IMG/VR virus record: IMGVR_UViG_3300022752_000027
Location: 32,001 to 96,000 of that record
Reading direction: 5' to 3' (one strand)
From: a virus
DNA: 64,000 nucleotides
The notes beneath the pieces are model-generated. The model saw nothing but the letters and a program-made list of their open reading frames with translations, was not told the origin of the DNA and ran no database searches. Position 1 is the first letter of the stretch; each line of letters begins with the position of its first letter. This document shows, one piece after another, positions 40,423 through 50,172 of the stretch. A program made the translations under genes and the position numbers.

Positions 40423-41101
40423 TTTTTTCTAGTTGGTTATTTATTTTATTCCACAAATCATTGCAATCCCAATCCGTTTGATTAGTATATGCGGCACTAG
40501 CAGGATGTGTAGCAAATATCTTATAATGATTATCGGGTATCATATCAGCATACTCCTGTGCCTTTTTACCGAGAAAAACATAAATAATTCCAGGCTTGTT
40601 CCATATAAGATGGTCAATTAATGCTGCCGTGAATGGCTTCCAAATTAACTGATGAGTACCAGGTTTATTTATAGTTGTGGTTAAGGCACTATTCAACATT
40701 AGAATGCCTTGATTAGCCCATTTTTTAAGATCTGTAGATCTTTCTAATGGTTGGTCAACAGTTCTTTCAATAGAATCATACATGTACTTTAAAGATTTCT
40801 CTATTGTACCATGCATGCTACAACTAAAAGCAATACCATCAGCTACATTTACCTGAGGATATGGATCCTGACCGATAATAACTACGTTTACAGAATCATA
40901 GGGACATTCTTCAAATGCCCTAAATAAATTTTTAATTTGTGGTGTCCACTTTTTACCGTTAACTGATTCATTATAAAGGAATTCCAGTATTTTATCAAAG
41001 TCTGATGACATTATAAAACTTACGGTTGCTGGACCCCAACCTGCTGATTTCAATTTTTGAAACAGTTTTTCTTTTATATCTTGTAGGTTTATATCTTTCA
41101 T
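40397..41101 (-). CDS. ung: Uracil-DNA glycosylase family 1
   Basis: GQDPY, GIAFS, LN and HPAS motifs. Confidence 0.95.
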   Translation of the reverse strand: MKDINLQDIKEKLFQKLKSAGWGPATVSFIMSSDFDKILEFLYNESVNGKKWTPQIKNLFRAFEECPYDSVNVVIIGQDPYPQVNVADGIAFSCSMHGTIEKSLKYMYDSIERTVDQPLERSTDLKKWANQGILMLNSALTTTINKPGTHQLIWKPFTAALIDHLIWNKPGIIYVFLGKKAQEYADMIPDNHYKIFATHPASAAYTNQTDWDCNDLWNKINNQLEKNGNRKITY

Positions 41102-41129
41102 CTATATTTGTGCATTAAATAAAATCAAC

Positions 41130-41489
41130 ATGTCAGAAGAAACAGTAACACCAGCAGAAGATCTTAAGCCAGTAAGAGCCGAGGTCTATAAAGAGGATAC
41201 ATCTATCAGTGTAGATATTCCTGTTGCATACGTGATGCGCTTTAACCAATTGCTTTTAGAATTTGTTCCATTCAAGGATCAGGAACATTTTACAGAAGTA
41301 ATGAAGAATATTGGTGAAGGAAAGATTGAAGAACCGTTTGCATATCATTGCCAAACTATTCTTGCTTTCCTTACTCTTATAGAAACAGCTGCAAGATCAC
41401 AAGATAAATTACAATGGGTTGAATACGATCCTGCAACTCAGACCAAGACAGTAGTTGATGGTCCAGCTAAACAAGACAATGTAGGATAA
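41130..41489 (+). CDS. Hypothetical acidic protein on the opposite strand
   Basis: Fills an intergenic gap and is preceded by TATATTTG (41103-41110). Confidence 0.65.
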   Translation: MSEETVTPAEDLKPVRAEVYKEDTSISVDIPVAYVMRFNQLLLEFVPFKDQEHFTEVMKNIGEGKIEEPFAYHCQTILAFLTLIETAARSQDKLQWVEYDPATQTKTVVDGPAKQDNVG

Positions 41490-41516
41490 AACCTACATTG
41501 TCTGTGTTTTTTGGCT

Positions 41517-41894
41517 TTAATGTAGGTTAAATCCTACAATATCACCTATTTCTATAATGGCTTGGATGGCCAGACTCATCTCGTCTTTAGAGCAATCAGC
41601 AAAGGATCTGCATTGGCCATCAACACATAGTCCTGACCTTACTTTTACTTCATGTTTGACACTCTCAAATGTGTCACCTGTATATGTGGCGACTTCTCTT
41701 ATGCACTTCATCAGTTTTGATAGCTGTGCATAAGATTTGTCTGCTGTAATAACCTCGTAGGTTAAAGAAACAATCTGACCTTCATCAAGATTTTTAATAA
41801 ATATGTCAAGTTTTGCTAAACTTAGTTCATTTACAAGTATTAAAGTATTATTCTGCTTTTTTACCTGAATTGTTATTGGAAGCTGGTCTGCCAT
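41517..41894 (-). CDS. NinB/Orf-like recombination protein
   Basis: KSYAQ...IREVATYTG...SFADCSKDEMSLAI pattern. Confidence 0.5.
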   Translation of the reverse strand: MADQLPITIQVKKQNNTLILVNELSLAKLDIFIKNLDEGQIVSLTYEVITADKSYAQLSKLMKCIREVATYTGDTFESVKHEVKVRSGLCVDGQCRSFADCSKDEMSLAIQAIIEIGDIVGFNLH

Positions 41895-42252
41895 AATTCT
41901 TCTTCTTTTTATATGGACCTCGTTTTTTAGTCAAACCCTGCTGATTAGTAGCAGGAGTAACTACAGGAGCTGCCTCTGTCCTTACAGACTCTTTTACTTT
42001 CTTTGACAACTCGTTAATCTCCTTGTCTTTTTCACAAAGACTAACCTCAAACATATTGATTCTTGAATTAGAAGCAATAAGTTTTACATTTAGATTGTTA
42101 ATCTCTGAAATTTTTGCATTCAATCCTTCCTGTAAAGAAGCAAGTTTATCCAACATTTTCTTGGATGCCTCTTTCCATTTAAGATCAACGAGAATACCAG
42201 TGACTACACCACCACCAATAGCAAATACTAAACACGTTAAAAAATGACTCAT
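41848..42252 (-). CDS. Membrane-anchored coiled-coil protein
   Basis: N-terminal TM helix, heptad repeats and a basic tail. Confidence 0.55.
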   Translation of the reverse strand: MSHFLTCLVFAIGGGVVTGILVDLKWKEASKKMLDKLASLQEGLNAKISEINNLNVKLIASNSRINMFEVSLCEKDKEINELSKKVKESVRTEAAPVVTPATNQQGLTKKRGPYKKKKNYGRPASNNNSGKKAE

Positions 42253-42587
42253 GATTTTTTGTTTTTATAGTTATTAATTAATTTGGTTACTTCTTCCAGA
42301 TCATAGTATTCCAGTGATCCGGCAGCTTCGCCAAAGTTACTAAGAACTTTTGTAATTTCTACCATATCCAGCTCAGGAATATCCCAAAAAGTTTTGATCA
42401 CATGACCATGTTCTTTAAGTATAATATCTAGAAATGTATTTAGAATATTCTTTGTTTTGTGCTTATTGAACCAAGGAATCATAGTTGTTTCATCAGCTGC
42501 ATAGACACATATCTGCAAAAGCATAAGCAAATTAACAACTTTCAGTTTATCTTCTTCAGTCATATTAAAAGATGTATCTGATTTCAT
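42249..42587 (-). CDS. Hypothetical protein
   Basis: Overlap-coupled ORF. Confidence 0.5.
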   Translation of the reverse strand: MKSDTSFNMTEEDKLKVVNLLMLLQICVYAADETTMIPWFNKHKTKNILNTFLDIILKEHGHVIKTFWDIPELDMVEITKVLSNFGEAAGSLEYYDLEEVTKLINNYKNKKS

Positions 42588-43431
42588 TCCAAGGAATTAT
42601 TAAACCGTGAAGCATTTTAAATTGGTAGATGTAGTCGTCTTTTAAGTTGTGCTTATATCGAATATTTTTACCACCGTACTTGGATATCTTATCCTCCTGA
42701 ATTTCAGGATTCCATAGCAAATTTTCACCAAGTATATTATTTTTTAGATTATACTCGTGTTTATTAGCATTATGCGTAAGAAATATTACTTCAGACTTTA
42801 CCAAAGGCTTATACACAGGACCAACATACTTATCTACTAGCTGAAATAGTGCTGTATACTCTTGTTCCCATCCTTCTGTTACAATTACAGGACTGAAGTT
42901 TATATGTACCACCCAACCTTTTTCCATAAAGGGCCTAATAGCTTTTATTCTATCAATAATTTTACTGGTATTAGGTTCTAGCATATCAGCATAGTTCTGA
43001 GGCATAAGACTAAATCTTATTCTCATTTTAGATGCAGGATAGAGCTTTAATAAATCAGGATTTACATACTTGGTAGCAAAAGAACCATATGCTTTTTCAT
43101 GATCACGGAAAAATTTAGTAATCTTTTCCATATCATAATACTTAGCATGCAATGCTAAATCTTCATTACAACCTATGTCATAAGTAATAAAGAAAGGATG
43201 TGTTTGATTAGGCTTTTCTACTTGTGCAAACCAAGAATGATGGTCTATGGCGGTTAGAATATCTTCTATATTCTTAGCTACTGTTAGACCTTTAGGTTTA
43301 TGCCTCTTACAATAACAGTAAGAACATTCAAACAAGCACCCCTGACCAAAACTTGGTGCAATGAAGTCAGTAGATCTACCCGAAGGTCTGATCTGCATAG
43401 ACTTCCGAGTAACTAATTCTACTTTACTCAT
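42565..43431 (-). CDS. splB: Spore photoproduct lyase family radical SAM protein
   Basis: CLFECSYCY (CxxxCxxC), ATK, RIRFSLMP, EPNTSKIIDRI, NFSPVI, EVIFLTH and RY motifs. Confidence 0.85.
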   Translation of the reverse strand: MSKVELVTRKSMQIRPSGRSTDFIAPSFGQGCLFECSYCYCKRHKPKGLTVAKNIEDILTAIDHHSWFAQVEKPNQTHPFFITYDIGCNEDLALHAKYYDMEKITKFFRDHEKAYGSFATKYVNPDLLKLYPASKMRIRFSLMPQNYADMLEPNTSKIIDRIKAIRPFMEKGWVVHINFSPVIVTEGWEQEYTALFQLVDKYVGPVYKPLVKSEVIFLTHNANKHEYNLKNNILGENLLWNPEIQEDKISKYGGKNIRYKHNLKDDYIYQFKMLHGLIIPWNEIRYIF

Positions 43432-43721
43432 AGTACTGCTTCTTCTAGTTCTTCTAAAGTAATACTATCTAGAACTTGGTCTAATGGAGCAAACCGGGTA
43501 ATATTAAAGCTGGGTTCCTGTGTTTTACCAAATAGATCTCTAACATTTTTAGAATTTCTAATCTCCATTAATGTAACACCCATCTTATCATGCATATCAT
43601 AGTATCTCATTTCTCGGATAGTATAAATCTTATCCTTAATGGGTCTATTAGGAATAATCTCCATTGACCGGGGATCAAAGACATCATTTATACATACTAC
43701 TTGATCACCTTCTTTAATCAT
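43428..43721 (-). CDS. Hypothetical protein (SH3-like)
   Basis: GDQVVCIND...YTIRE...RFAPL pattern. Confidence 0.55.
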   Translation of the reverse strand: MIKEGDQVVCINDVFDPRSMEIIPNRPIKDKIYTIREMRYYDMHDKMGVTLMEIRNSKNVRDLFGKTQEPSFNITRFAPLDQVLDSITLEELEEAVL

Positions 43722-43932
43722 TGGCTCTTTCTCCTTCGTTAATTCTTTGGTTAATCATCTGGTAGATCTCATCTACAAGATTCCATTGCTCCTCAGGTAG
43801 TTCTCTGTACTTCCAGATTTTCCGGACATCCTCTCTGATATTATTCAGAGCTTCACGGTATTCCTCACCATTAATAGCATAGCGGAAATCATCTCCATCT
43901 TCAGGAAGATTAAACTCTAGTATTGCTTTCAT
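43714..43932 (-). CDS. Hypothetical phage protein
   Basis: MKAILEFNLPED N-terminus, common in small phage ORFs. Confidence 0.6.
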   Translation of the reverse strand: MKAILEFNLPEDGDDFRYAINGEEYREALNNIREDVRKIWKYRELPEEQWNLVDEIYQMINQRINEGERAND

Positions 43933-43973
43933 TTATAACAAGTTTATTAAGTTTAGTAAAAAAAGATAAACTC

Positions 43974-44348
43974 TCATTTGTCACCTCTTTTTACAAGTTC
44001 AATCAACTTTTTAAGACAGGCAAGTTCTGCTTCTTCGTATGTAGTATAACTCATATTTCTTTGCTCACCATTAGGAAATATGACCTTAAAAAATTCACCC
44101 AAATCTGACATACCAGACTGTATAAAAAATCTAATTTTATACTTCTCTCTAAACCATCTAAATGCTTGTTGGTATAGTGGTGCTGAACAATTCCAAGTAT
44201 CTTCTTTACTATTAGTATAATATTGTTTAATACTCATAACTGTAAGTCCAAGCACTCCTTTTTCATCATAGCAACCAAAACAAGGTTCATTAAACCCAAG
44301 CCTTTTAAGTTCTAATGCTTCTTGATATGGTACAAATTCTTTTTTCAT
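43974..44348 (-). CDS. Hypothetical phage protein
   Basis: MKKEFVPYQEALELKRLGFNEPC...APLYQQAFRWFREK...TYEEAELACLKKLIE. Confidence 0.65.
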   Translation of the reverse strand: MKKEFVPYQEALELKRLGFNEPCFGCYDEKGVLGLTVMSIKQYYTNSKEDTWNCSAPLYQQAFRWFREKYKIRFFIQSGMSDLGEFFKVIFPNGEQRNMSYTTYEEAELACLKKLIELVKRGDK

Positions 44349-44503
44349 TTTTTTACCTCCCAATAATGTTTACAAGTACCATCTTTTTCAAGTGGTATAC
44401 CTAAAAAATAAGACTGTCTAAACTCAGATGGAGTAGCAGTATGTCTGTAACAGGAGTGTTTCAGGGGGCAATCACCCCCTGAACACATTGAAATATCTGG
44501 CAT
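44345..44503 (-). CDS. Small Cys-rich protein, 52 aa
   Basis: Manual translation MPDISMCSGGDCPLKHSCYR...GTCKHYW; ATGA overlap with the next gene. Confidence 0.65.
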   Translation of the reverse strand: MPDISMCSGGDCPLKHSCYRHTATPSEFRQSYFLGIPLEKDGTCKHYWEVKK

Positions 44504-44507
44504 ATAC

Positions 44508-44768
44508 TTACCAAGAGGTTACGTTACTTACACAAAATCTGTCTCCAACATAATTGTTTGTCCAGACATCCTGATCAAAACAGAACTTCTTTTTGTTACC
44601 GGAACACTCATTACGAATTTCTAGCCAATAACAATTAGTTGCTGAATCAATGCCATCATTAGCAATAACTCCGCAGTTACATTGTTCAGTTGATTCAGGC
44701 TCCTCCTTTTTACATGAAGACAAAAAGATAAACAGCACAGATAGTACTGTAAATAAAACTTTTTTCAT
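44508..44768 (-). CDS. Cys-rich lipoprotein
   Basis: Signal peptide MKKVLFTVLSVLFIFLSS-C followed by KKEE. Confidence 0.7.
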   Translation of the reverse strand: MKKVLFTVLSVLFIFLSSCKKEEPESTEQCNCGVIANDGIDSATNCYWLEIRNECSGNKKKFCFDQDVWTNNYVGDRFCVSNVTSW

Positions 44769-44900
44769 AATTGATTAAAATTTATAAGATGAAACTTCTT
44801 CTACCTTTAGAACCTTAGTAGTATATCTACCAGAGACAGCTTGTTTAATTCGAGTTCCAACCATTCTACTGCTGTTTGCTTTTTCATAATAAGTTATTTA

Positions 44901-44956
44901 ATACCCTAAAGGGTATAATTTTGTTACTTATATAAAAATTATACCTGATCAGGTAT
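44901..44956. repeat. Paired-palindrome element, copy 1
   Basis: ATACCCTAAAGGGTAT-N24-ATACCTGATCAGGTAT. Confidence 0.7.
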
Positions 44957-45015
44957 ATTATTCAAAATTTGCATAACCTAGATCCTCCCATACAGGAGGT
45001 TTGGTTTCATTAGGA

Positions 45016-45282
45016 TCATTCATCCTTGTTTGATTTTCCGATACCATTCTTTTTACCCCAATTAATTATTGTTTGCTCTATTAAAAATAATACATCTGGA
45101 GCAATTACGTCGTCACAATCTTCTACACAACACACATCTCGAACGTAATATGGCTGAAAATCAGGTGGAACAGGTCCATCTACAATTGTTTTCTCTACTG
45201 TAAATATATATTTACGATCTAATTCTATAGTACCTTCATATACCTCGGTTACACTAACCGGGCTGCTGCCTATCTTGATCAT
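45016..45282 (-). CDS. Hypothetical protein
   Basis: Co-directional ORF. Confidence 0.5.
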   Translation of the reverse strand: MIKIGSSPVSVTEVYEGTIELDRKYIFTVEKTIVDGPVPPDFQPYYVRDVCCVEDCDDVIAPDVLFLIEQTIINWGKKNGIGKSNKDE

Positions 45283-45353
45283 TAAAAGATTGTATTAGTT
45301 TTTCTTGAATTGACTTACTTACTGGAACATCATCCCAGTAGATAAAAATTAAA

Positions 45354-45767
45354 TCACTTGAGTCGGTCATAATCTTGTGTATAGCCCCAAAGGACCATAA
45401 TGCAAGATATGAAATAAATACATGTAAGTGCTAACCACATGTCGAATTCTATATATCCGTATCGGCTGTAGTCGGCAATAGAGTTGATGATAGTAACAAT
45501 CCAACAACCTGCTGCGATTACGTAATATATAGGACCATTGAGAAAGTCGTACTTAATGTATTGGAGTATCTTGATTCTGTTATCCATAAAGTTATTGAAC
45601 TTATAGGATAATGCCCATCCAATGATTAATGCTATTCCTATAGCGAATCCAAAATACATAACGTACTTGGAGATCATGCCACCTATCAATGCAAATAATG
45701 CAGTAAGGGTTAGGTACATGGTACCATTGCTTATTGTAGGATGATCATTTACAGGCCTCATTCCCAA
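45354..45767 (-). CDS. Membrane protein (~4 TM)
   Basis: Four hydrophobic segments. Confidence 0.6.
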   Translation of the reverse strand: MGMRPVNDHPTISNGTMYLTLTALFALIGGMISKYVMYFGFAIGIALIIGWALSYKFNNFMDNRIKILQYIKYDFLNGPIYYVIAAGCWIVTIINSIADYSRYGYIEFDMWLALTCIYFISCIMVLWGYTQDYDRLK

Positions 45768-46039
45768 ATGATTGCAATGTTATTCTCGTAGGCAATGAAA
45801 TAAACTGTGTCATCAATATCAATGATTTCACAGTTAGCTAGTGCGGTACCAATATATACCTGATCTCCTGCCTTTACAGATGTGCATTCATCACCAGTAG
45901 CTACTACGTTTAGTTTACTCCATGACTTCATGAACTCTGCTTCTAGGTTTGCTTGTACATCTTCTGTAAGGATTACTTGACTCTCAGGTCTTACAGGCTT
46001 TTCAATAAGGATTCTCTTTCCTTTTAATTTAAACTTCAT
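45758..46039 (-). CDS. groES: GroES-like co-chaperonin
   Basis: LKGKRILIE...VVATGDECTSVKAGDQVY...ENNIAII. Confidence 0.75.
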   Translation of the reverse strand: MKFKLKGKRILIEKPVRPESQVILTEDVQANLEAEFMKSWSKLNVVATGDECTSVKAGDQVYIGTALANCEIIDIDDTVYFIAYENNIAIIWE

Positions 46040-46241
46040 CTTCGTTGGTTTTTGGTTTATTTACTTTGTTCATACCATCTGGTATAAAATGATATCTGCA
46101 ATAGAACCAGTCTCCGTATTTATCTATTTCAGATTTAGGGTAACCGTTTTCTATTAGCCATTCTTTTACGTTTACTACATCAGTAGGTATTGATTTTGGA
46201 AATCCATATTTCCAACCTGATGGTGGATCAATCATTTTCAT
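46029..46241 (-). CDS. Hypothetical phage protein
   Basis: IDPPSGWKYGFPK...WLIENGYP motif. Confidence 0.6.
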   Translation of the reverse strand: MKMIDPPSGWKYGFPKSIPTDVVNVKEWLIENGYPKSEIDKYGDWFYCRYHFIPDGMNKVNKPKTNEDEV

Positions 46242-46444
46242 GCGCCATCATCTGAATAGTAATCAGAAAATTCCTCGCCAAAACATTTGCTACAGATAAT
46301 AGATGTGGTTAACAAATCAAAGTAGATGCTATCTACCATGTTCTCATCATCTTCTAATGCAGCTAAGTCTTGTGCACATTTATAGATACTGTCTTTATCG
46401 CAGTATCTACATAGACCGGTGCATGTGTCTTCAGTATCTAGCAT
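46238..46444 (-). CDS. Small Cys-rich acidic protein
   Basis: CxxxCxxC...CxxC. Confidence 0.45.
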   Translation of the reverse strand: MLDTEDTCTGLCRYCDKDSIYKCAQDLAALEDDENMVDSIYFDLLTTSIICSKCFGEEFSDYYSDDGA

Positions 46445-46838
46445 TGTTCTTTTCTTTTAATTGTTTTCTATACCAAGTATACACTGTTTCAAATGGTACT
46501 CCCATTATTACGGGAAATAAAAAGAAAGCCACAAATATACTTAGTATAATCTTAGGAGTAATAAGTAAACCTATTGCTAGAAACAAACAACGCTGCATAA
46601 AGAACTGATTCATGTGCCAACGATCAGTTAGGAATACAAGTAATGTTGAGCTAAATGGAAACTTTTCTGGAAATGCTGGCTTGATTATACCGAGGTACCA
46701 CCAATGACATTTGTATTCTTTTGACAAATCATACTTACAATGCCAGTCAATTGTTTTCATTTCCTCGTCTGCAAGAGCATCCATCTTTCCTTTAAAGACT
46801 CCTGCTGCAATAATTAGTAATAGAATTAGTGTAGTCAT
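46431..46838 (-). CDS. Membrane protein
   Basis: Hydrophobic segments and an FPFSSTLLVFLTDRWH motif. Confidence 0.6.
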   Translation of the reverse strand: MTTLILLLIIAAGVFKGKMDALADEEMKTIDWHCKYDLSKEYKCHWWYLGIIKPAFPEKFPFSSTLLVFLTDRWHMNQFFMQRCLFLAIGLLITPKIILSIFVAFFLFPVIMGVPFETVYTWYRKQLKEKNNARY

Positions 46839-46874
46839 GTTTTTAATTTATGTGACCAATATACACTAAATAAT

Positions 46875-47147
46875 CTATATTTGTATTTCAGTAGTTAAAT
46901 CATTGGCAGTCAGTTGGGTATTGATACTAACCAACTCATCTATGCTACCATGCTTTACTGCATATTTACCTTTAGTATGTACAAGATGTGCACACTGTTC
47001 TGCTTGAATCATGTTGTGCCTACAGAATGCCATGAGGCATAGTATTACGTGCTCAAAAGAATTATGATTGTCGTTGTATAATACAATCTTAGGCTGTGAC
47101 TCTATGTCTTCTAGTAATTCTTCAACGTGTTCTACCTGTGTATTCAT
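46875..47147 (-). CDS. clpS: ATP-dependent Clp protease adaptor ClpS
   Basis: IVLYNDNHNSFEHVI...QAEQCAHLVHTKGK, Bacteroidota-type. Confidence 0.85.
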   Translation of the reverse strand: MNTQVEHVEELLEDIESQPKIVLYNDNHNSFEHVILCLMAFCRHNMIQAEQCAHLVHTKGKYAVKHGSIDELVSINTQLTANDLTTEIQI

Positions 47148-48265
47148 GCTGTGAATTTTGAATTTTTAGATACCCACATAACTTTGGATGTGTCATAGTC
47201 TTCAAGTGCTGACTTGACCCATGTTTCATCAACAGTATTTCTATAGCATAGAATATGAATCTTCCCTGTTTCATCTGGATTCAAACGTAATAATCTACCC
47301 AATCTTTGAGATGACTTACGTTCGTTACCGTAGGAATGCATGATGATTCCCTGCTTTAAATTTGGAATATTAACACCCTCATTTAATTGTAGGACACATG
47401 CAAGTTTAAAGATATCTCCGGATTTAAATTTATCAAGGTTAGATTCAGAACTCCTATTACCACTAAAATAAGAATAACTACATAGTCTACTAGCCTGGTC
47501 TTTAGTATTAGCAAACAGTATTACTTTATCATTGATATAATTAAGTAACTCCTTGGCATATACCTCTTTACTAGGATAAGACATCAATGATTTCATCCTA
47601 AGGATACGCTTCATTTGTAATTCTTTCTGACCATTGGCACTGTCTATTGATCTACACCAGTACATGTAATCCTCATACTCAGAAGTATAATAACCACCTG
47701 TCTTAGTCTTCTTGAAATAGTTTTTTCTATTATCTAAATCAAGCATGTGTACGTAGATAATGTAATCATTTAGTATCCCGTCACTTACAGCATCATCCAC
47801 CATGTAGGTAAACTTAATGGGACAATGCTTTGCCACCATTTCACCTTTCTCAGATGATGCAATCTTTGGTGGTGTACCAGTAACACCTACAACTATTCCT
47901 TTGTACTTAGATAGCGTATCATCATGCTTGTGCAATAGATTATGACACTCATCTAATATAATCAGATCATAGTTATTTACTGGTCTTTTGGGTAATGACA
48001 GATACGTACTGTAATGTAATTCTGCCTTAAAGTTTTCATAGCCATGTTTAATAATCTCTTCCTTCCATGATTTATGAATAGATACTTTAGGTGCAACGAC
48101 TAATACTTTAATTGGTATCAGTTTAGTATTGGACAAGTATTCGATATAATCTAAACATATTTTAGTTTTACCTACACCCATACTGATACCTAAACCAATC
48201 CTTGAATTTGCAGGTAAAGCCTTTAATAAATCTAGAGCTTCTGCTTGTATATCATTCCTTGTCAT
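47144..48265 (-). CDS. Superfamily 2 DExH helicase
   Basis: GVGKT, DECH, TGT, EGVNIP and QRLGRLLR motifs. Confidence 0.9.
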   Translation of the reverse strand: MTRNDIQAEALDLLKALPANSRIGLGISMGVGKTKICLDYIEYLSNTKLIPIKVLVVAPKVSIHKSWKEEIIKHGYENFKAELHYSTYLSLPKRPVNNYDLIILDECHNLLHKHDDTLSKYKGIVVGVTGTPPKIASSEKGEMVAKHCPIKFTYMVDDAVSDGILNDYIIYVHMLDLDNRKNYFKKTKTGGYYTSEYEDYMYWCRSIDSANGQKELQMKRILRMKSLMSYPSKEVYAKELLNYINDKVILFANTKDQASRLCSYSYFSGNRSSESNLDKFKSGDIFKLACVLQLNEGVNIPNLKQGIIMHSYGNERKSSQRLGRLLRLNPDETGKIHILCYRNTVDETWVKSALEDYDTSKVMWVSKNSKFTA

Positions 48266-48608
48266 TTGGTTTTATTCTATAATAAATTTTATTAGGATAA
48301 CCTTCTGGAAAATACAATTGTAATATATCACAGATATATACTTCACCATAATACGAATCATACCTACCTTCTTCCATCTCCTCATTGTGTATCTTCTCAA
48401 GTATCTTAGCAGTATCTAAATAATACTTACTTACTTCAAATGATATGGACTCCGTAGATATTCCTACCTCTTCCTCAATTATTTCTGTAAGTGAGGCAGA
48501 AACTTTTAATTCTTCAGAGTCCCCTCTCCAAGTAGGTTCATAAAGGTACCAACATTTGGTACCTGTAGCATTGTCTTCGTATTTCTTAAATCTGATAATC
48601 ATACCCAA
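48252..48608 (-). CDS. Hypothetical protein
   Basis: Co-directional ORF. Confidence 0.5.
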   Translation of the reverse strand: MGMIIRFKKYEDNATGTKCWYLYEPTWRGDSEELKVSASLTEIIEEEVGISTESISFEVSKYYLDTAKILEKIHNEEMEEGRYDSYYGEVYICDILQLYFPEGYPNKIYYRIKPNDKE

Positions 48609-48901
48609 GCGTTTTTACATTGCTTAGAAGTTAAGCTAATAGATTTTACAAGTTGACTATATCTTCCCTGATTAATGCCGTCACCATAGCTCCTAAAGAT
48701 ATGTAGGTCTGCTTTGTTAGGAGTAATTCTAAATCGTTTATTACGTACCTGATTGATTACAGACTTAACTGTATCTGGAGATAGAAACTCAGGTTCAATA
48801 AAGGTTGTAGCATAATCTGGTTCACTTTCATTTGGAAAGTAAACATCCGCCGTTACTACATACCCATCAAAGTTGTCAATGAATTGTTTTATCTTTCCCA
48901 T
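48599..48901 (-). CDS. Hypothetical protein
   Basis: Co-directional ORF. Confidence 0.5.
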   Translation of the reverse strand: MGKIKQFIDNFDGYVVTADVYFPNESEPDYATTFIEPEFLSPDTVKSVINQVRNKRFRITPNKADLHIFRSYGDGINQGRYSQLVKSISLTSKQCKNAWV

Positions 48902-48902
48902 A

Positions 48903-49304
48903 CTAATGATATAGTTTTAATGCTTTTGCTTTTTGTGGATTATCATGTATCCATGTATGACACATTCTACATATAGACATGAACTCAGAATCATCAAGAT
49001 ATAATTCTCCGACTCTTCCTTGCTTGTGATGTATATCTGTGGCATTGAGACTGCAACCTGGCAGTCTTGCTTCACACATAGGATGTGTAGATAAATAAAC
49101 TTTTCTTAGAGCAGTATATGCAGCATCCAACTTTTCTTTCTTGGAAGATTTGGGGGACAAAGGTTTCTGCTTTGTTGGTTTAATTTTGTCCTTACTAGAA
49201 TGGCAACTCCAGCAGTCCTTACAGAACCTCTGTCTCCCCTCTTTCTTCCATATAGGTTTTTGAATGCCGCAACCGCTGCAAATTTTAGGCTTTGCAACTA
49301 ACAT
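48903..49304 (-). CDS. Zn-finger HNH-like nuclease
   Basis: CxxC...CxxC, then CEARLPGC..ATDIHH...CRMCHTWIH. Confidence 0.7.
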   Translation of the reverse strand: MLVAKPKICSGCGIQKPIWKKEGRQRFCKDCWSCHSSKDKIKPTKQKPLSPKSSKKEKLDAAYTALRKVYLSTHPMCEARLPGCSLNATDIHHKQGRVGELYLDDSEFMSICRMCHTWIHDNPQKAKALKLYH

Positions 49305-49315
49305 TTGAATTGTTA

Positions 49316-49630
49316 TTAAAAACGGAAACGGTAATTTACGACTTCCTCAACTTCATCATAAAGTTTAGGATCAACCTCACCAATAATTGTAGCTATTGGT
49401 TGTAGTTTTTCATGTAAGTTAAGAACGTATTTGTAATGATCACTGTTTTTAATCTCAACAAGTTCTTCTTCAAACAGATTGTTTTTGATTATGATACTAC
49501 CCATATCAAACATGTCAACTATAGATTCATATTTCTTATCGATAAGCACAGTCTCATACAAATCATAAACAGATTTGTTTGCAAAGTATACAAACAACAA
49601 CTCTTTATTGCTTAACTCATTTAGATTCAT
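49316..49630 (-). CDS. Hypothetical protein
   Basis: Co-directional ORF. Confidence 0.55.
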   Translation of the reverse strand: MNLNELSNKELLFVYFANKSVYDLYETVLIDKKYESIVDMFDMGSIIIKNNLFEEELVEIKNSDHYKYVLNLHEKLQPIATIIGEVDPKLYDEVEEVVNYRFRF

Positions 49631-50091
49631 CTTAGTTCGTAAAAGTTAGACGGCAATACTTTTTCCTGAATCAACTTCTCTATGATATTTTCTTTCTTAA
49701 TACCTAGGTCTTTGAATTCAGTGGTGCTAATGTACGCATCATCTACTATGCCGACAAACTTTTCAGAGTAATCTTTTGCAAACTTACTATGATGAAATAA
49801 CTTACACAGAAAATTAGAAACGAAATCATGGATTAGCTCTTGCTTCCATATGTTTAGAATCTTTTGTGCACGGAGATTAACATTATTTATTCTCTTCTTC
49901 TTGGCGTAATGCATGGTATCTATCTCCTCTTTAGAGTAAACGGATAACCCAAACAGTGCACGTTTGTAAAGGAAGTTCTGATAGGCATTAAACCTATCCT
50001 GTTCATAGATTACTTGAGATGTAAATCTTTTAGGGAATTTCTGATATTCAGATAGTTTTCCAGTGTAAATAACTTTTTGGTAGAGTGGCAT
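49627..50091 (-). CDS. Hypothetical protein
   Basis: Co-directional ORF with a QNFLYKRALFGL motif. Confidence 0.6.
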   Translation of the reverse strand: MPLYQKVIYTGKLSEYQKFPKRFTSQVIYEQDRFNAYQNFLYKRALFGLSVYSKEEIDTMHYAKKKRINNVNLRAQKILNIWKQELIHDFVSNFLCKLFHHSKFAKDYSEKFVGIVDDAYISTTEFKDLGIKKENIIEKLIQEKVLPSNFYELR

Positions 50092-50114
50092 AATAAATTG
50101 ATTTTTAAGTTGAT

Positions 50115-50148
50115 AAAATAAAATAGGGGGCTGTTACACCCCCTATTT
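50115..50148 (-). terminator. Intrinsic terminator
   Basis: AAATAGGGGG-CTGTTACA-CCCCTATTT with an A-tract on the left side. Confidence 0.7.
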
Positions 50149-50172
50149 AATATACTCGAGATACCTAAACCA

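Noticed and set aside
44455-44487. Hairpin TGTTTCAGGGGG..CCCCCTGAACA as a terminator
   Set aside because: It lies inside the 52-aa Cys-rich ORF (SGGDCPLK) and has no U-tract.
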